A stretch of 64,000 nt of DNA, from contig OX597824.1 in assembly GCA_951406725.2 (NCBI GenBank), forward strand, positions 76,260,001 to 76,324,000, given 5' to 3'. The position numbers were made by a program, and so were the translations under genes. Below the pieces are notes generated by a model. The model was not told the origin of the DNA. It made no database searches and saw only the letters and a program-made list of their open reading frames with translations. This document shows, piece by piece, positions 12,687-26,434 of this stretch (position 1 is the first letter of the stretch; each line of letters begins with the position of its first letter). Source of the stretch: Octopus vulgaris. Lineage: Eukaryota.

Positions 12687-13054
12687 GCCTGAATATTGAA
12701 GGCGTTTCAGGTGAGAATAGAAATCTCTTCGTGAGTGAGACGTCAGTCAATCGTACGTTTAACCCGCAGTTGCCACTGGTGTTCATTTTCAGCTGAATCT
12801 ACAGGGGCAACGTGAATTGAAATGCCTTGTCTAAGAATCGAACCCTCGATCTAACAACAATCGCGAATCCGAACAGCCTAACCACTAAGCCACTCGCATT
12901 CACAGGAACGTTAGGCAAGTAAAATAAACGCTGCGAAACACTTGTGCAACATGCACGCATCTGATTCCTGATGGAATCGAGAGAAATGCATAGAAGGGAT
13001 GAACAGAGGGATGGAATGATGCGCGGAGGAATATTGAAAACAAAAGGATGCATT

Positions 13055-13140
13055 GGGTGGTGGTGGTGGTGGTGGTGGTGGTGGTGGTGGTGGTGGTGGT
13101 GGTGGTGGTGGTGGTGGTGGTGGTGGTGGTAGTGGTGGTA
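13055..13140. repeat. (GGT)n microsatellite
   Basis: Directly visible. Confidence 0.95.
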
Positions 13141-13259
13141 ACAGTGAAGGGCGTGGGAAATGCTGAATATGAGGATTATCCTCCACCCAGGGATTAGCAT
13201 TGGATGTTTCTCTTAGCATCTCCGACATCTAATTACCTCCTTTGTTTCCTTTCTAAGAG

Positions 13260-13561
13260 TACGTACACGCACGCACGCGCACAAGAGCACACGCGCTCGC
13301 GCGCACACACACATACACACACGCACACAGATGTACGTATATGCATATATAAACATATTTATATGTATACACACACACACACACATATATAAATATAATG
13401 CATAAAACATACAGATGCACATACATGCATGCACACATATATACACCTGCGTGGCGTTTGTTGTTTTATATCAATGTGTATGCATACGCGACGTACATAT
13501 ATGCATATATAGTCATAAATATATTTGCTTTTACATATATACACGCGCAGACACATATAAA

Positions 13562-13609
<48 letters not shown>

Positions 13610-13698
13610 CATATATATATATGTATAATGTATACATGTATGTGTGTATGTATATAAATATGTAAAATATATATGCATGTATGTGCTTAAGTGAGTGA

Positions 13699-13768
<70 letters not shown>

Positions 13769-14012
13769 ATATGTATATATATATAACGTATACATGTCAT
13801 ATGTATGTGTGTATGTATATAAATATGTAATAAATGTATGTATGTGCATAAGTGAGTGAGTATATATTTATACATATATATACACATATATATATATACA
13901 TACATATATATACACATATATATATATACATACATATATATATACACATACATATATATATGTATGTATATATATATATGTGTATATATATGTATGTGTG
14001 TATATATATATG

Positions 14013-14047
<35 letters not shown>

Positions 14048-14164
14048 GTATGTATATATATATGTATGTATATGTATTATCTATATCTATTTCCTTATCT
14101 ATCTATCTATATACGCATGCATTTATGTATACACGGAAAGACAGTCAAACTGACAAGCAGAAAT

Positions 14165-14202
<38 letters not shown>

Positions 14203-14220
14203 GCGCGTAGAGATATATAT
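13260..14220. repeat. TA/CA-rich compound low-complexity block
   Basis: Directly visible. Confidence 0.9.
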
Positions 14221-14986
14221 GTATGAACAACCCGGTGTCAGATGTGTACAGCTCACGTTCGTACAAGCTTGTTGCGTCTTCGTGATTTTCCGTGCAGGCG
14301 GTTAGAAAATCTGGCGAATTAAGCAAGGCCGCCGTCGGTCTTAATTCTCTCCTGTACGATTAGGTGATACATCAAGAGGGGGAAGATGGGCCAGTCGTAG
14401 ACGGTGGTGATGGTGGAAGGTAGTGCTAGCTGGTGAGGGGGGGGGAGTGGGCAGTGACTGTACGTATGGTGTTGGCGATGTCGATGCGGATAGAGGTGAT
14501 GTCTAGAGAATAAGGTTTTCCAAGGTGGCGCTACGAGCGATGCCAGGATGCTATTGATGGTGGTGGTGGTGGTGGTCGTGGTGGTGGTGCGGTGGTGTAC
14601 AGATGCAATGAATGGCGGTGATAGTGATGATGGCTGCACCAAGAGAATAACGCCACTCGAAAATTGCATTGGTAGACTCTGCTATTGGCGGTGTAATAGT
14701 GATAGGGATGGCGGTGCTATTGTAAAGAAACAATGGGTGTTGTTGTTGCTGCTGCTGTTTGTTGTTGGCGGCGAAAATGGTGGTGTAAGGGCGATGGTGG
14801 TGAAACAGTGCAACGGTGTTGAGTTTTTGTTTGCGCGAATGTTCTCGTTGTTGTAGTTAATGGTGATAATAATGATGATGATGATGATGTTGATCTTGTG
14901 TTGTTTTATTGTGTTTGTCTTGTATTCCTTAGGCTAATCCTCTTTAGAAAGCACGTGCAGAAGAAACATCGACAACATCCACACAG

Positions 14987-15068
<82 letters not shown>

Positions 15069-15160
15069 ACACACACAGGCACACCTCACAGAGACACACA
15101 CATACACACACACACTTACACATACACGTGAGTATTACATACTTGTATGTCTATGAAGGG

Positions 15161-15210
<50 letters not shown>

Positions 15211-15222
15211 ATCTATATACAC

Positions 15223-15270
<48 letters not shown>

Positions 15271-15411
15271 CTATGTGTTTATATATTGAGGTTTGCGTAT
15301 ATATGTATTTATTCATATATATTTATTCATGTATATATATGTATGTGTTTGTGTGTACATATATACATATACACAGATATATGTATATATATAAATATGC
15401 ATGTATACATA

Positions 15412-15472
<61 letters not shown>

Positions 15473-15683
15473 TTGTGCGTGTGTTTGTGTTTGTACATGT
15501 ATATGTGTGTGAGAGGGAGAGACGGGGAGAGAGAGAGTGAAAGAGAGAACGAGAGAGAGAATAAGAGGGAGAATAAGATAGAAAGACAACCAGAGCAGAA
15601 AGGATAGACCGAGATTTAGAAAAATATGCCCGTGAATCAGGTGTTCGTGTTTTAAGGAAATATATCCGTCTATGTGAATACAT

Positions 15684-15855
15684 AGGCGCAGGAGTGGCTG
15701 TGTGGTAAGTAGCTCGCTAACCAGCCACATGGTTCCGGGTTCAGTCCCACTGCGTGGCATCTTGAGCAAGTGTCTTCTGCTATAGCCCCGGGCCGACCAA
15801 TGCCTTGTGAGTGGATTTGGTAGACGGAAACTGAAAGAAGCCTGTCGTATATATG

Positions 15856-15890
<35 letters not shown>

Positions 15891-16095
15891 TTGTCCCCCT
15901 AGCATTGCTTGACAACCGATGCTGGTGTGTTTACGTCCCCGTCACTTAGCGGTTCGGCAAAAGAGATCGATGGAATAAGTACTGGGCTTACAAAGAATAA
16001 GTCCCGGGGTCGATTTGCTCGACTAAAGGCGGTGCTCCAGCATGGCCGCAGTCAAATGACTGAAACAAGTAAAAGAGTAAAGAGTAAAGAGAGTA
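15684..16095 (+). mobile_element. Full-length SINE family A (octopus-type tRNA-derived SINE)
   Basis: A box TGGCTGTGTGGT, B box GGTTCAGTCCC, CORE-like cttgagcaagt, internal microsatellite, (agagtaa)n tail; more than 10 copies in the window. Confidence 0.9.
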
Positions 16096-16480
16096 ACTAA
16101 AAAATTTGAAACTTCGTATATTGGTAGAATGTGTTTATAAAACATCTTTTTCTCTTGTTTTATTGAGAAAATTTTATAGTTTGTAAGATATTTTTTGTTT
16201 TTTTCTTCAATTTCTGCAATTTCAACCAATCACTGACGTCTGTTGAGGTAATTAAAAACATTCTGCGCCGTATGAATTTGTCCCTCGTTTAAGAAACAGA
16301 TTCCGTTTATTTACATTTGTGAAGAAAAAAAGGATACCCTTCCCCCCACCCCTAACCCTAACTAACCCTAACCCCAAAACAGATTGAAATGCTATAGATC
16401 GATACTAGGGTCATAATTATGGGTGACAATTTCATATGACACCGCTAGAAAAAACTGCCGTTCAAACCGAAAAGATCCCT
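16096..16480. repeat. Probable non-autonomous DNA element fragment with telomere-like CCCTAA repeats
   Basis: ccctaaccctaactaaccctaaccc at 16350-16374; no paired TIR seen in the window. Confidence 0.35.
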
Positions 16481-16934
16481 TTTCTGCGACCACTCGTACA
16501 TTTCAAAGTTGTATGCGAATGCCCATGCGCATGCGCTTACGCAAGCGCATGAGCGAGTGTGAGTGTCTATGTGTGGTTGTGCGTGTATGGAATGCTAGCG
16601 CAGTTTTTCTATCGTTTTTATTTCTCATCCATAAATGGCAACAGCGTTTTTAAAAGAGTTAGAGCAACAACATAGAAAAGAATATCTTCTGTTTGTCAAA
16701 CTCGCTTAAAACGTTTTTCATGCAGAAAGGCCTTTTACCTTTGAGTCTGAAAATAACAAAGCAAGTCCCAAAAATTTTAACATGACAATACATTGCTTAT
16801 TCAAAAAACAACGAACAAAGATACAGAGAAACAGAATATCAAATGTTAGTATGTTATAGATTATAGTTCAGATCAAAATGATACTTATGTTATAAAATTC
16901 CAGCGTCTATGTTTTTCTTTTGATAGTTGTTTTT

Positions 16935-17123
16935 TTATCATTTACTTGTTTCAGGCATTGAACTGCGGCCATGCTGTAGCACCATCTTGAAGGGTTTAGT
17001 CAAATAATTCGATCCCTATATGTATTTTCAGGTCTGGTTCTTATCCTATCGGCATCTTTTGTCGAACCCCTAAACAAACCAACACATGGTGTCAAACGAT
17101 AGGAAGAGACACACACAAACCCG

Positions 17124-17170
<47 letters not shown>
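16935..17170 (-). mobile_element. Diverged SINE family A 3' half
   Basis: tttacttgtttcag..actgcggccatgctg..atcggcatcttttgtcgaacc. Confidence 0.7.
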
Positions 17171-17604
17171 GCATGTATATGTATATATGATAACACCTCC
17201 GTGCTAATGCTTTTTCAATAAAAACACTTATGGAAATGCACATCCAAGACATCCCAGTTTCCATTGAAGTTACAGAAAGAAATAGTGGTAACTTGAAAAT
17301 AAAAGAAGCTATGTTAATTAACAAGTACAGCTCGCGAATAAATAACTGATCAGAGCTGCATGCACCGATCGACAACTATAGCAGCGCAAAACAACTCTTC
17401 ATACACACATTACAGATTAAAGAAGTCAGATATCCACAATTTTTCTCTATAGATTTCTTGAAAAAGAGGTCCTAATCCCTAAAATATTGAAATATTTCTA
17501 GTAATAGTACCAACCATCGATTTGCATTTTAAGAAATTTTTAATCTGCGTTACCTTGGCTTTAAAACATTCATTTATACGAGACGATGCTTCGTGAAAAC
17601 TATA

Positions 17605-18170
17605 ACTGGTACTCCGTTAGTTACGACGACGAGGGTTTCAGTTTATCCGATCAACGGAACAGCCCGTTTGTGAAATTAGCGTGCAAGTGGCTGAGCACTT
17701 CACAAATACAAGTACTCCTCACGTAGTTCTCGAGGAGATTCAGTTTGACACAAGAGTGTAACAAGGCTGGCCCTTTGAATTATAGGTACTACTCAGCGGC
17801 GAGCTGGCAGAAACGTTAGCACGCCGGGCGAAATTCGTAGCCGTATTTCATCTGCCGTTACGTTCTGAGTTCAAATTCCGCCGAGGTCAACTTTGCCTTT
17901 CATCCTTTTGGGGTCGATAAATTAAGTACCAGTTACGCACTGAGGTCGATGTAATCGACTTAATCTGTTTGTATGTCCTTGTTTGTCCGCTCTGTGTTTA
18001 TACCCTTGTGGGTAGTAAAGAAATAGGTACTACTCATTTTTGCCAGCTGAGTGGGTTGGAGCAATGTGAAATAAAGTGTCTTGCTCTAAGACATAACGCG
18101 CCGCCGGGAATTGAACTCACGACCTTACGATCGTGAGTCGAATACTCTAACCACTAAGCCACGCACTTTC
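17605..18170 (-). mobile_element. SINE family C, interrupted by a family B insertion
   Basis: Homologous to 20058-20355; tRNA-like head gtggcttagtggttagag...gagttcaattccc on the minus strand. Confidence 0.85.
17796..18022 (+). mobile_element. Full-length SINE family B with 14 bp TSD
   Basis: TSD ataggtactactca at 17782-17795 and 18023-18036; B box GAGTTCAAATTCC. Confidence 0.92.
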
Positions 18171-18953
18171 ACCATGAAAACTATACTAATCTGCTATCGT
18201 CACAGCTGAGCCAGACTGAATTTTCGATTTTGTCGAAATCGGAGAAACCAGCCAAGGCCTCCTGCCTGACTAACCTCCTTAAACTCTGTCCGAAACATCA
18301 TACCCAGCGCTACAAAGAACATTCGCCTTCATGAATACTTCGAAGAGGATAATTCCGAAATTACTCGTAGGTTTATCCAGATTTTCATCATTAAGAATAT
18401 CATAAGGCACCTCCATACACAAGTCTACCGACACAAATTATCGATCTCTGCTCTAAAAGCAAATTTAAACGACTTTCTAACATATCGCTATCACATTTGC
18501 ACAGCAAGATTAATGGCTGCTACCACAAACGCGTCGACCAAGATAAAAGACATCTTGCACACAAATTTCGTTGGATTCGAAATAATTGCTACTGCACCAA
18601 TTCATCCTTCGCAGTCACTATAAAACCGCTGACACCAAAACCTACATAAACTTGGCAGGTACACCGTCCCCAACAACAGGTCGCTGATATAACAAGAACA
18701 ATGAAAATAACCTTGATCTTTACTAGCGAAGCTACCGCAAACAATGACAACTTTTAGACTACCACTGTTGATTGCAATAGACCACGTGTTACAGATCTAG
18801 CTGACACCGTAATGCGATGTATCTACTAAATCTTGGTCCAAAATTCATTTTAGGCCAGCGATTTAACAAGAAACTAAAGCTTGATATAGCAACTACCTCC
18901 TGCTGAGCTAAAATGGATATCAGCTCTGAAGTCTGACTCCCCATCCTTCACTA

Positions 18954-19190
18954 CGACGATTTCATCTCAATCGAAGGAGAGGGGCTTTCTCCGTCCGGGT
19001 TGCGGATCCGTGGAATAAGCTGCCGGATGAGATAGTGAAGATGCCGATTACCGCTCGGTTCAAAGTCTCTCTTGACCAGAAATGGCCTGAACTCTTTGCA
19101 TGAACACCCCTGTACGTAACTCCATGCCCTCCTACATGGCTTTGCTTTTTGCTTTTTGCTTTTTGAGCCAAAAAATTAACTTAACTAACA
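18954..19190 (+). pseudogene. CR1-clade LINE 3' end (ORF2 C-terminus, 3' UTR and tail)
   Basis: RRFHLNRRRGAFSVRVADPWNKLPDEIVKMPITARFKVSLDQKWPELFA*, a typical CR1 FS.RV...WN.LP...FK..LD motif; aacttaactaac tail; possible cacta TSD. Confidence 0.85.
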
Positions 19191-20057
19191 CTATCTCTGC
19201 ATTCACCTCTGCTATAACCACCGCCAAATTGCTCAGCAACCATTCAGACAGCATACTTTACCATCTACTTTTTAACCTAGAATTTAACGCTAAACTAGTG
19301 AGACAAACATTCAGTTTTCAACATCTTTGAAAAAACATCCCTCTTCTTTTGATTTCTCTCTAGCTTGCAATTCCTCACTCTGCAGAACTTGCATTTAAAA
19401 CCCAGAATTCTGCATTATAGAAAAGAATAAATATGAACGAATTGGCAAGTCGAAAATCGAAACATTACATTACATTATATGAAAAAGTCAACAACATCGC
19501 TTCTAACCAGTTCGAAGCTACCATAAACACCCGTTAGACGAACATCTGTGAAAAGCGAGGGTTCTTAAATAAGATTAAAAGCAACTTCTTCACAAAAAAA
19601 CAGCACATTCCTCGCTTTCTATTACCTCATATAAGCATAAACCGGGACCAAATTTAAAAATTAGATCTATTGCCCCCAACATTACCGGACCCTTCTCCAA
19701 AATTCCTTGGCGTCTATCTTCTCAAGTCACTACTTCAAACCTTCCAAGGATATGTTGAATGCCTCACCGACGACATCAACAAAATAAGAGATCTCAATCT
19801 GTCCATACTTAGAAACAAACCACTACACTTTTAATTTGGACATTGTTTTCCTATACACCTTTGTCCCAGCAAGCCTAGCTTTCAACTTACTAACCGAACA
19901 CTTTGTCACCTATAAACTCTTGCACTGCTATGAGCTTACAGCTCCAGATATCCACGAAATTTTAACTTCTATAATGGACAACATATTCTCCCAGTTCGAG
20001 GAGTCTATTTACAAACAACTTCCTAGACTGTCAACGGGTCAAGTTAGTCAGGCATAT

Positions 20058-20355
20058 CCGGCACTCCGTCGGTTACGACGACGAGGGTTCCAGTCGATCT
20101 GATCAACGGAAATTAACGTGCATGTGGATGAGCACTCCAAAGACATGTGCACGCTTAACGTACTTCTCAGCGTGACACAAAATGTGACAAGACTGGCCCT
20201 TTGAAATACAGGTACTACTCATTTTTGCCAGCTGAGTGGACTGGAGCAACGTGAAACAAGGTGTTTTGTTCAAGGACACAACGCGTCGCCGAGGTTTGAA
20301 CCCACGACCTTACGATCGGGAGCCGAATATCCTAAGCGCTAAACCTCGCGCCTTT
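20058..20355 (-). mobile_element. SINE family C inserted in the Penelope RT relic
   Basis: Homologous to 17605-18170. Confidence 0.85.
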
Positions 20356-20898
20356 ACAGTCAGGTATATCAGTGATCAGAAATATGGGTCAGTTAGAACG
20401 TAGAGTATCCAACAGCTGTTACTCCTGTGTCTTTTTTCGCCAGAGAATATGAGTATGGCATCCTCATATTAACATCATCTCGCGAGGAAGCTATTAAAAT
20501 ATACAATAATGTCCAACAATATCGATGAGCAAATACAATCTGAATTTCAGCGTCCCAGTAACACCAGTTCCATATTTCAGCATAACTTTGAACTCGAAAT
20601 CACTGAAACGGACCCATTTCTACTAAATTTTACAGAAAGGCGGCATTTGTACGTTATAATGCATCCTTGTTCATCATATCAAGGACGAACTACATTATAA
20701 ATGAGATCCCTTGGATACACAGTTAATGCAGCGAGTCAGGAAGCAAATCACCAGCACCATACAATTCCAAAAAGTCCTGTTGGAGAATGGCTATCCATAT
20801 TCTTTCGCTCTACATAAGGACATAACCAGCTATATTATTTATCGCTTTATGAGTGTGCTTCGAGATAAACTATTATTCCCCAAAAGAAATATTATATA

Positions 20899-21195
<297 letters not shown>

Positions 21196-21408
21196 ATATA
21201 ATATAATATAATATATATATATATAAATTAGAAAAAAAACACCTTTAATCAATTCAATTATGAAAAATTAAATTATACCATTTAGAAAAATTGCATCTTA
21301 TAGAAAGATTAAATATAAGATAAAACATATAACAATGATTTAAGTAAAGTGCAAAAAAATAAATAAATAAAACGTATATACGTATATGTGTATAAATATA
21401 TTTATATG

Positions 21409-21459
<51 letters not shown>

Positions 21460-22035
21460 TTTTATACACATAACATCAAAATAATATTGATCATGTATAT
21501 ATATATATATATATATATACATATATTTTTGTTTACACAGACGACTGTTACTTCAAAGTTTCACTGCGATCGAATTTTCAAACAATGGTAATATTGCAAA
21601 ATTCCAGACTAGTGAGGCTTGAAAAAAAATTGAAAAAAAAAAACAAAAAGAAACCCTAAAACAAAACCAAAACCAAAAAGCGTTTTAATTCTCTGTGCAC
21701 CAAGGATCGTGTTATCCTTCACATATAAAACCAAATGAAAAACCAGATAAAGAATTCTCATGTCTAATAATCAATTTTCTAAAGTCTCTTCTAAATTTAT
21801 CTTCAAATATTAATTTTAAAATGGCATCATAGTTTCATTGTTATTACAATTTCAAAGACATGATGACTTGTTATTGAATCAATAAAACGCCAAACTAAAA
21901 TGTATAGCATATTTTAGTATAAATTTATTAATCTATTTATAATCTCCCTGTGGAGTAAACACTTTAATCGCGTCATATATACGATTTGACTGAAAGTTTC
22001 TAAGTATGTATATTACAATAATAATAATAATAATA

Positions 22036-22075
<40 letters not shown>

Positions 22076-22113
22076 TAATAATAATAATAATAATGATAAT
22101 AATAATAATAATG

Positions 22114-22174
<61 letters not shown>

Positions 22175-22890
22175 TAATAAATCGATGTAAGAATAGGAAT
22201 ATTTTGACGTAACAATGGCGACATAATGCTAAATTTAGCAGAATACAGGTGATACTAAAAATACTTTAATATAATATACTAGATTTTAGAAACAGAATTT
22301 CTAAATTTAGTTTAGCACAATCTAATAGGTTATGAATATTTTCTGAAAAACAAAATGTTTTTTGTATTCATTGACAATATTAGGAAGCTAAACACGGTAA
22401 ACAAATACACTTATATTCTAATCTATTGCACAATAGCACCACAAATACATGAAAAACTACTGAAGTTCGTATGCCGTTGACAAGGAAAGTTTCCGACGCT
22501 TCGGGGAAGATTTTTTACGTCGTTCTTAGTTTATAAGACAACTGAATCGGTGAAACTTCGGAAATACTTATCTAACCAACAAACTAAAGTCATTTTACAT
22601 TTTACCTATAAAGTATAAATTTTAATGTAGCAGACTTGCTGTGATATCCTTGGATCTTTTTTTTATTACCAAACATATATATCAATAGAGAAGCACAGTC
22701 TATAGTGAGTGATTGAAAATCCTAGAGTAACTGTATTACATCGCAAAAACAACCTACTTCACACTTAATAACCATAAAGTTATCCAGCTGCAACTCGAGC
22801 TACGAATTCTCTTGATATGATTAATAAGGCAATCTTAGCTAGAACAACCAAAAATATTTTGAAATACATAAAATTAAATATATGGAATTT

Positions 22891-23071
22891 AGGTATTGCT
22901 TATAGCTACTTTAATGTGGCTGTCCTCTAAGAGACAACGAAGACATCTCCTCCAGTTAGTTTATTCAGTGCGCTTCTCGCTTCTGATATTTATTATGAAC
23001 AGGAGATAACCCCTGCCACTCTGGTTTCCTCTTAGAGGACAGCTACGTTAAAGTGGCTCTAAGCACTACTT
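22891..23071. repeat. 43 bp inverted repeat with a 95 bp spacer (MITE-like hairpin)
   Basis: Arms 22891-22933 and 23029-23071; most mismatches would be G-U pairs on the plus strand. Confidence 0.8.
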
Positions 23072-24259
23072 TTTGGTTCGCATGCTGCTTCTATCTCGAA
23101 CAGAGATTTTATAACGGATTAGTTTCCTAGTTATATGAAATTTATTTTTTATGAAAATACTGTAGCAGCTATCAAGTCTTTTAACCACGTCCAATAAAGC
23201 TATGACAGATTCACACAATTCAGCGTTGTTGGATATTATTCATATGTTCAAGATGTTTCCTTAAAACCCATCTCTTTTGTAGGAGCACGAATAGACATTA
23301 CACAATGTGACTATTTTGCAAATTACCACGAAGGCCAGAAGACCCTTCAGCATATAAAGAGAATATATACTGAATTTAGAAGAGCATAATGTGAGATTTT
23401 GGACGGAGCCGAAATTTACGATCTTTCATTCCAGCTCTCCCTTTTCTCTCTGTCCGTCCATTTGTATTTCTGTCACTTTCCTTTACTCTCTTACTCTCAT
23501 TCCCTTTTAATCTGAATCTGCTACGTCGCGCTGTATGTGTGGTCATGGAATAGCATTCACTGTGTCCTTTGTTCCAGAAAGGAACTAATCCAAAGATTGG
23601 CATACGCTTCTCATAAAAAATAAATCTGGCATGAAGCTGAAAATATCTAAGGACCGTTTGATATGTTCTACAGAACAAGACAGAAAACATCAACACGGAT
23701 ATTTGTATATAAATATATATGCAAAGGTCTACATATATTTGCATACATACATCTGCATATATATGTGCGTGTTTGTATATGTATGAAGTTGTGTGCGAAA
23801 CTGGATGGAGGCGTTATGTGGCACAGTGGGTATATCTATCAGCCCAGCGCTGGTGAAGCCTTCTCTCTTTTCAGCTGCTACATCCTGCTTGTTCCAAAAA
23901 GTCAAAAGTACCAGAGACCGAAGGCGTCTATATCATTTCGCAACTACAGAGGCACATAAAACTATGAGTAAAAGTGCGACACATGCTATCAGGCCATACT
24001 CGCTTACGAGTGACAGCTGTGATTTTTATATGTAACAGCTCTCTCTCTCTCTCTGCTCGCTCCTGTCTTATCCTTACCTGCCTTCCCTCTCCCTCTTATC
24101 TACAATCCTTCCATCCTACCTCCAAAGCACTTTTACGTGCTTCCTGCCAACTCCTATTCGATTCCTTCACCTCCTGCCTCTTCCCCAACTTGTCCTTCCC
24201 TTCCTTCAAATATGTCCACAGTCTACCGGTCCGTAGCTTATTCCTCACTCTCGGTACTT

Positions 24260-24600
24260 AACCCGGCTCCTTCTCTTGGTCTCACCTGCGATATTACACC
24301 TGTATTTTCTTCTCTAACACCACTGTCTTCACAGGTTCTCGCTGTCGTCGTTCCTTCCACGTTACCGACTCTTTCACTTGCACCTCCAGTAATCTGATTA
24401 ACAGCATCCTCTTCACTCTCTGCTACTTTCTGTACATTGGACAAACTGGTTGACATCTGGCTGACCGTTTGGATGAACACCTACGGAACATATGAATCAG
24501 TAATGACACCTCGGTCTCACGCCATTTCCGCTCATCAGGTCATATCCTACAACATCTGTCTGCGTTCAGACTGACCTTGCACTGCATCGACCCGGCCTCA
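24260..24600 (+). pseudogene. Penelope-like GIY-YIG endonuclease relic
   Basis: SFTCTSSNLINSILFTLCYFLYIGQTG*HLADRLDEHLRNI...VSRHF..SGH matches the PLE FTC.S.N.IY...C...YIG.T...L..RF.EH...VA.HF motif. Confidence 0.85.
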
Positions 24601-24636
24601 CATTTCCGTCTGGAGATGGTATTTTCTCTCTCCATA

Positions 24637-24854
24637 AGGCGGCGAGCTGGCAGAAACGTTAGCACGCCGGGCGAAATGCGTAGCTGTATTTCTTCTGCCG
24701 TTACGTTCTGAGTTCAAATTCCACCGAGGTCGAATTTGCCTTTCATCCTTTCGGAGTCGATTAAATAAGTACCAGTTACGCACTGGGGTCGATATAATCG
24801 ACTTAATCCGTTTGTCTGTCCTTGTTTGTCCTCTCTGTGGGTAGTAAAGAAATA
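24637..24854 (+). mobile_element. Full-length SINE family B with 19 bp TSD
   Basis: TSD ggtattttctctctccata at 24618-24636 and 24855-24873. Confidence 0.92.
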
Positions 24855-24942
24855 GGTATTTTCTCTCTCCATACTTCAGTTCATTACAGTTTAAAACCAC
24901 CGCCCCTTAAATACGCTCCGCCTTCATATATACGCACGCACG

Positions 24943-25031
<89 letters not shown>

Positions 25032-25069
25032 CGCACACCTCTTACATCTGCCTTAATAGCAAATAAATA

Positions 25070-25245
25070 ACCCTTTGTACAATAGGCACAAGGCCTGAAA
25101 TTTTGGGGGAGGGGACCAGTCGATTTGATCGACCCTAGTACGCAACAGGTATTTAATTTATCGACCACGAAATGAAAAAAGGCAAAGTCGACCTCGGCGG
25201 AATTTGAACTCAGAACGTAGCTACCGTTTTTGCCAGCTCGCCGCT
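25070..25245 (-). mobile_element. SINE family B (tail type 2), internally deleted
   Basis: aggcacaaggcctgaaattttggggg...aaagtcgacctcggcggaatttgaactcagaacg...gccagctcgccgc. Confidence 0.8.
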
Positions 25246-25699
25246 TTAGTAGCAAATATATAATAAGTCTCTTCCCATCACTTATTACATTTGTACCCAC
25301 TGTTCCACATAACGCCTCCATCCAGTTTCGCACACAACTTCATACATACACGCACAAACAGAAAACAGCGTGCACACGTGCACATCTACACACGTGCACA
25401 TCTACACACACAAAAACACACAGTACACACGCACACTATACCTTCATACACTCACACGCTCTTGCACACGCACACACACATACATGTGCCTGATAGCCTC
25501 ACACGCACACATAAACTGAAAACAGGGACACACACGCGTTCACACACGTACACACTTACACAAACGCACAAACGCACGCAATATATGCGCGCACAATAGT
25601 TTCATACAAACATGTGTATCTATAGACGTATGTCTGATTGCTCCATACAAACATACAAACAGAAAACAGGACATACATATACACACGTATACACGCATA

Positions 25700-25978
25700 C
25701 ATAGTGTTCTGATCAATAAGTATCCGGACTGTTGCCATACTAACGAAGCTAAATCATACAGAGTGAAGCCGGTTGGCACAAATTGACCTTCAACTCTGCT
25801 GTGTTTGCACACTAAGTTTTAACGTGCTAGCTTACTTCTCCAGTTTATAGCAGTGCTTCGAAGGAACATGTGTAGCGTGTGATCGTCGCATTGACCATGA
25901 CAGGGAAAGTTGAGCATAGAATCTGCATCAAATTTTGCCAAAATCTAAGCATTTTCTGCTCAGAAGCCTATGCAGAGT
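25700..25978 (+). mobile_element. Mariner transposon 5' end with transposase N-terminus
   Basis: tcaataagtatccggact terminal-like motif; MTGKVEHRICIKFCQNL (EQR..IKFC HTH start) at about 25898. Confidence 0.7.
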
Positions 25979-26130
25979 TTTAAAAAAGTTTTCATCGCTC
26001 TCGACACAATCAAAGAGATATTGTGCAACTGAAACCCGAGGGTTTTTTTGGTCAGCTGAAAGCAATTTTTGTACAAACTTGGTAGGCATGCATTTTATAC
26101 TCAAATCTTCAATGATAATGGACTGAACCG
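25979..26130 (-). pseudogene. Mariner transposase middle segment, inverted relative to the adjacent 5' end
   Basis: SVQSIIIEDLSIKCMPTKFVQKLLSADQKNPRVSVAQ...DENFFK resembles the (W/F)VP.LL..DQK..R linker of mariner transposases. Confidence 0.75.
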
Positions 26131-26161
26131 ATAGGTAAATAGACACAGATATATACATACA

Positions 26162-26195
<34 letters not shown>

Positions 26196-26367
26196 CATAC
26201 GTATATTTTACAAATGCATTCAGGTATATATGTAAGTATAGATGTATATATGCATATGTATATAAATACACATATATACATATGCATGAGCATATATATG
26301 CTTGCATTTACGCTTAATAAATAAATATATATATTTGTGTGTGTATTTGTTTATATATATATATGTA

Positions 26368-26434
<67 letters not shown>

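Larger units (their letters stand above)
18820..20810 (+). pseudogene. Degenerate Penelope-like element reverse transcriptase, interrupted by CR1 and SINE insertions
   Basis: Colinear relic motifs LLNLGPKFI (about 18823), KHKPGPNLKIRSI (about 19635), FNLDIVFLYTFVP (about 19830), NIFSQFEESIYKQ..LSTG (about 19980), LENGYP (about 20780). Confidence 0.75.
23779..25347. repeat. 54 bp near-perfect inverted repeats enclosing about 1.5 kb
   Basis: 23779-23832 versus 25294-25347, one mismatch. Confidence 0.9.

Noticed and set aside
12966-12996. TTC CTGATGG AATCGAGA GAAA TGCATA GAA as a hammerhead
   Set aside because: A9 is altered and there is no viable stem II; single copy
15684-15760. SINE heads as tRNA genes
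   Set aside because: A and B boxes are present but there is no full cloverleaf, and they continue into SINE bodies
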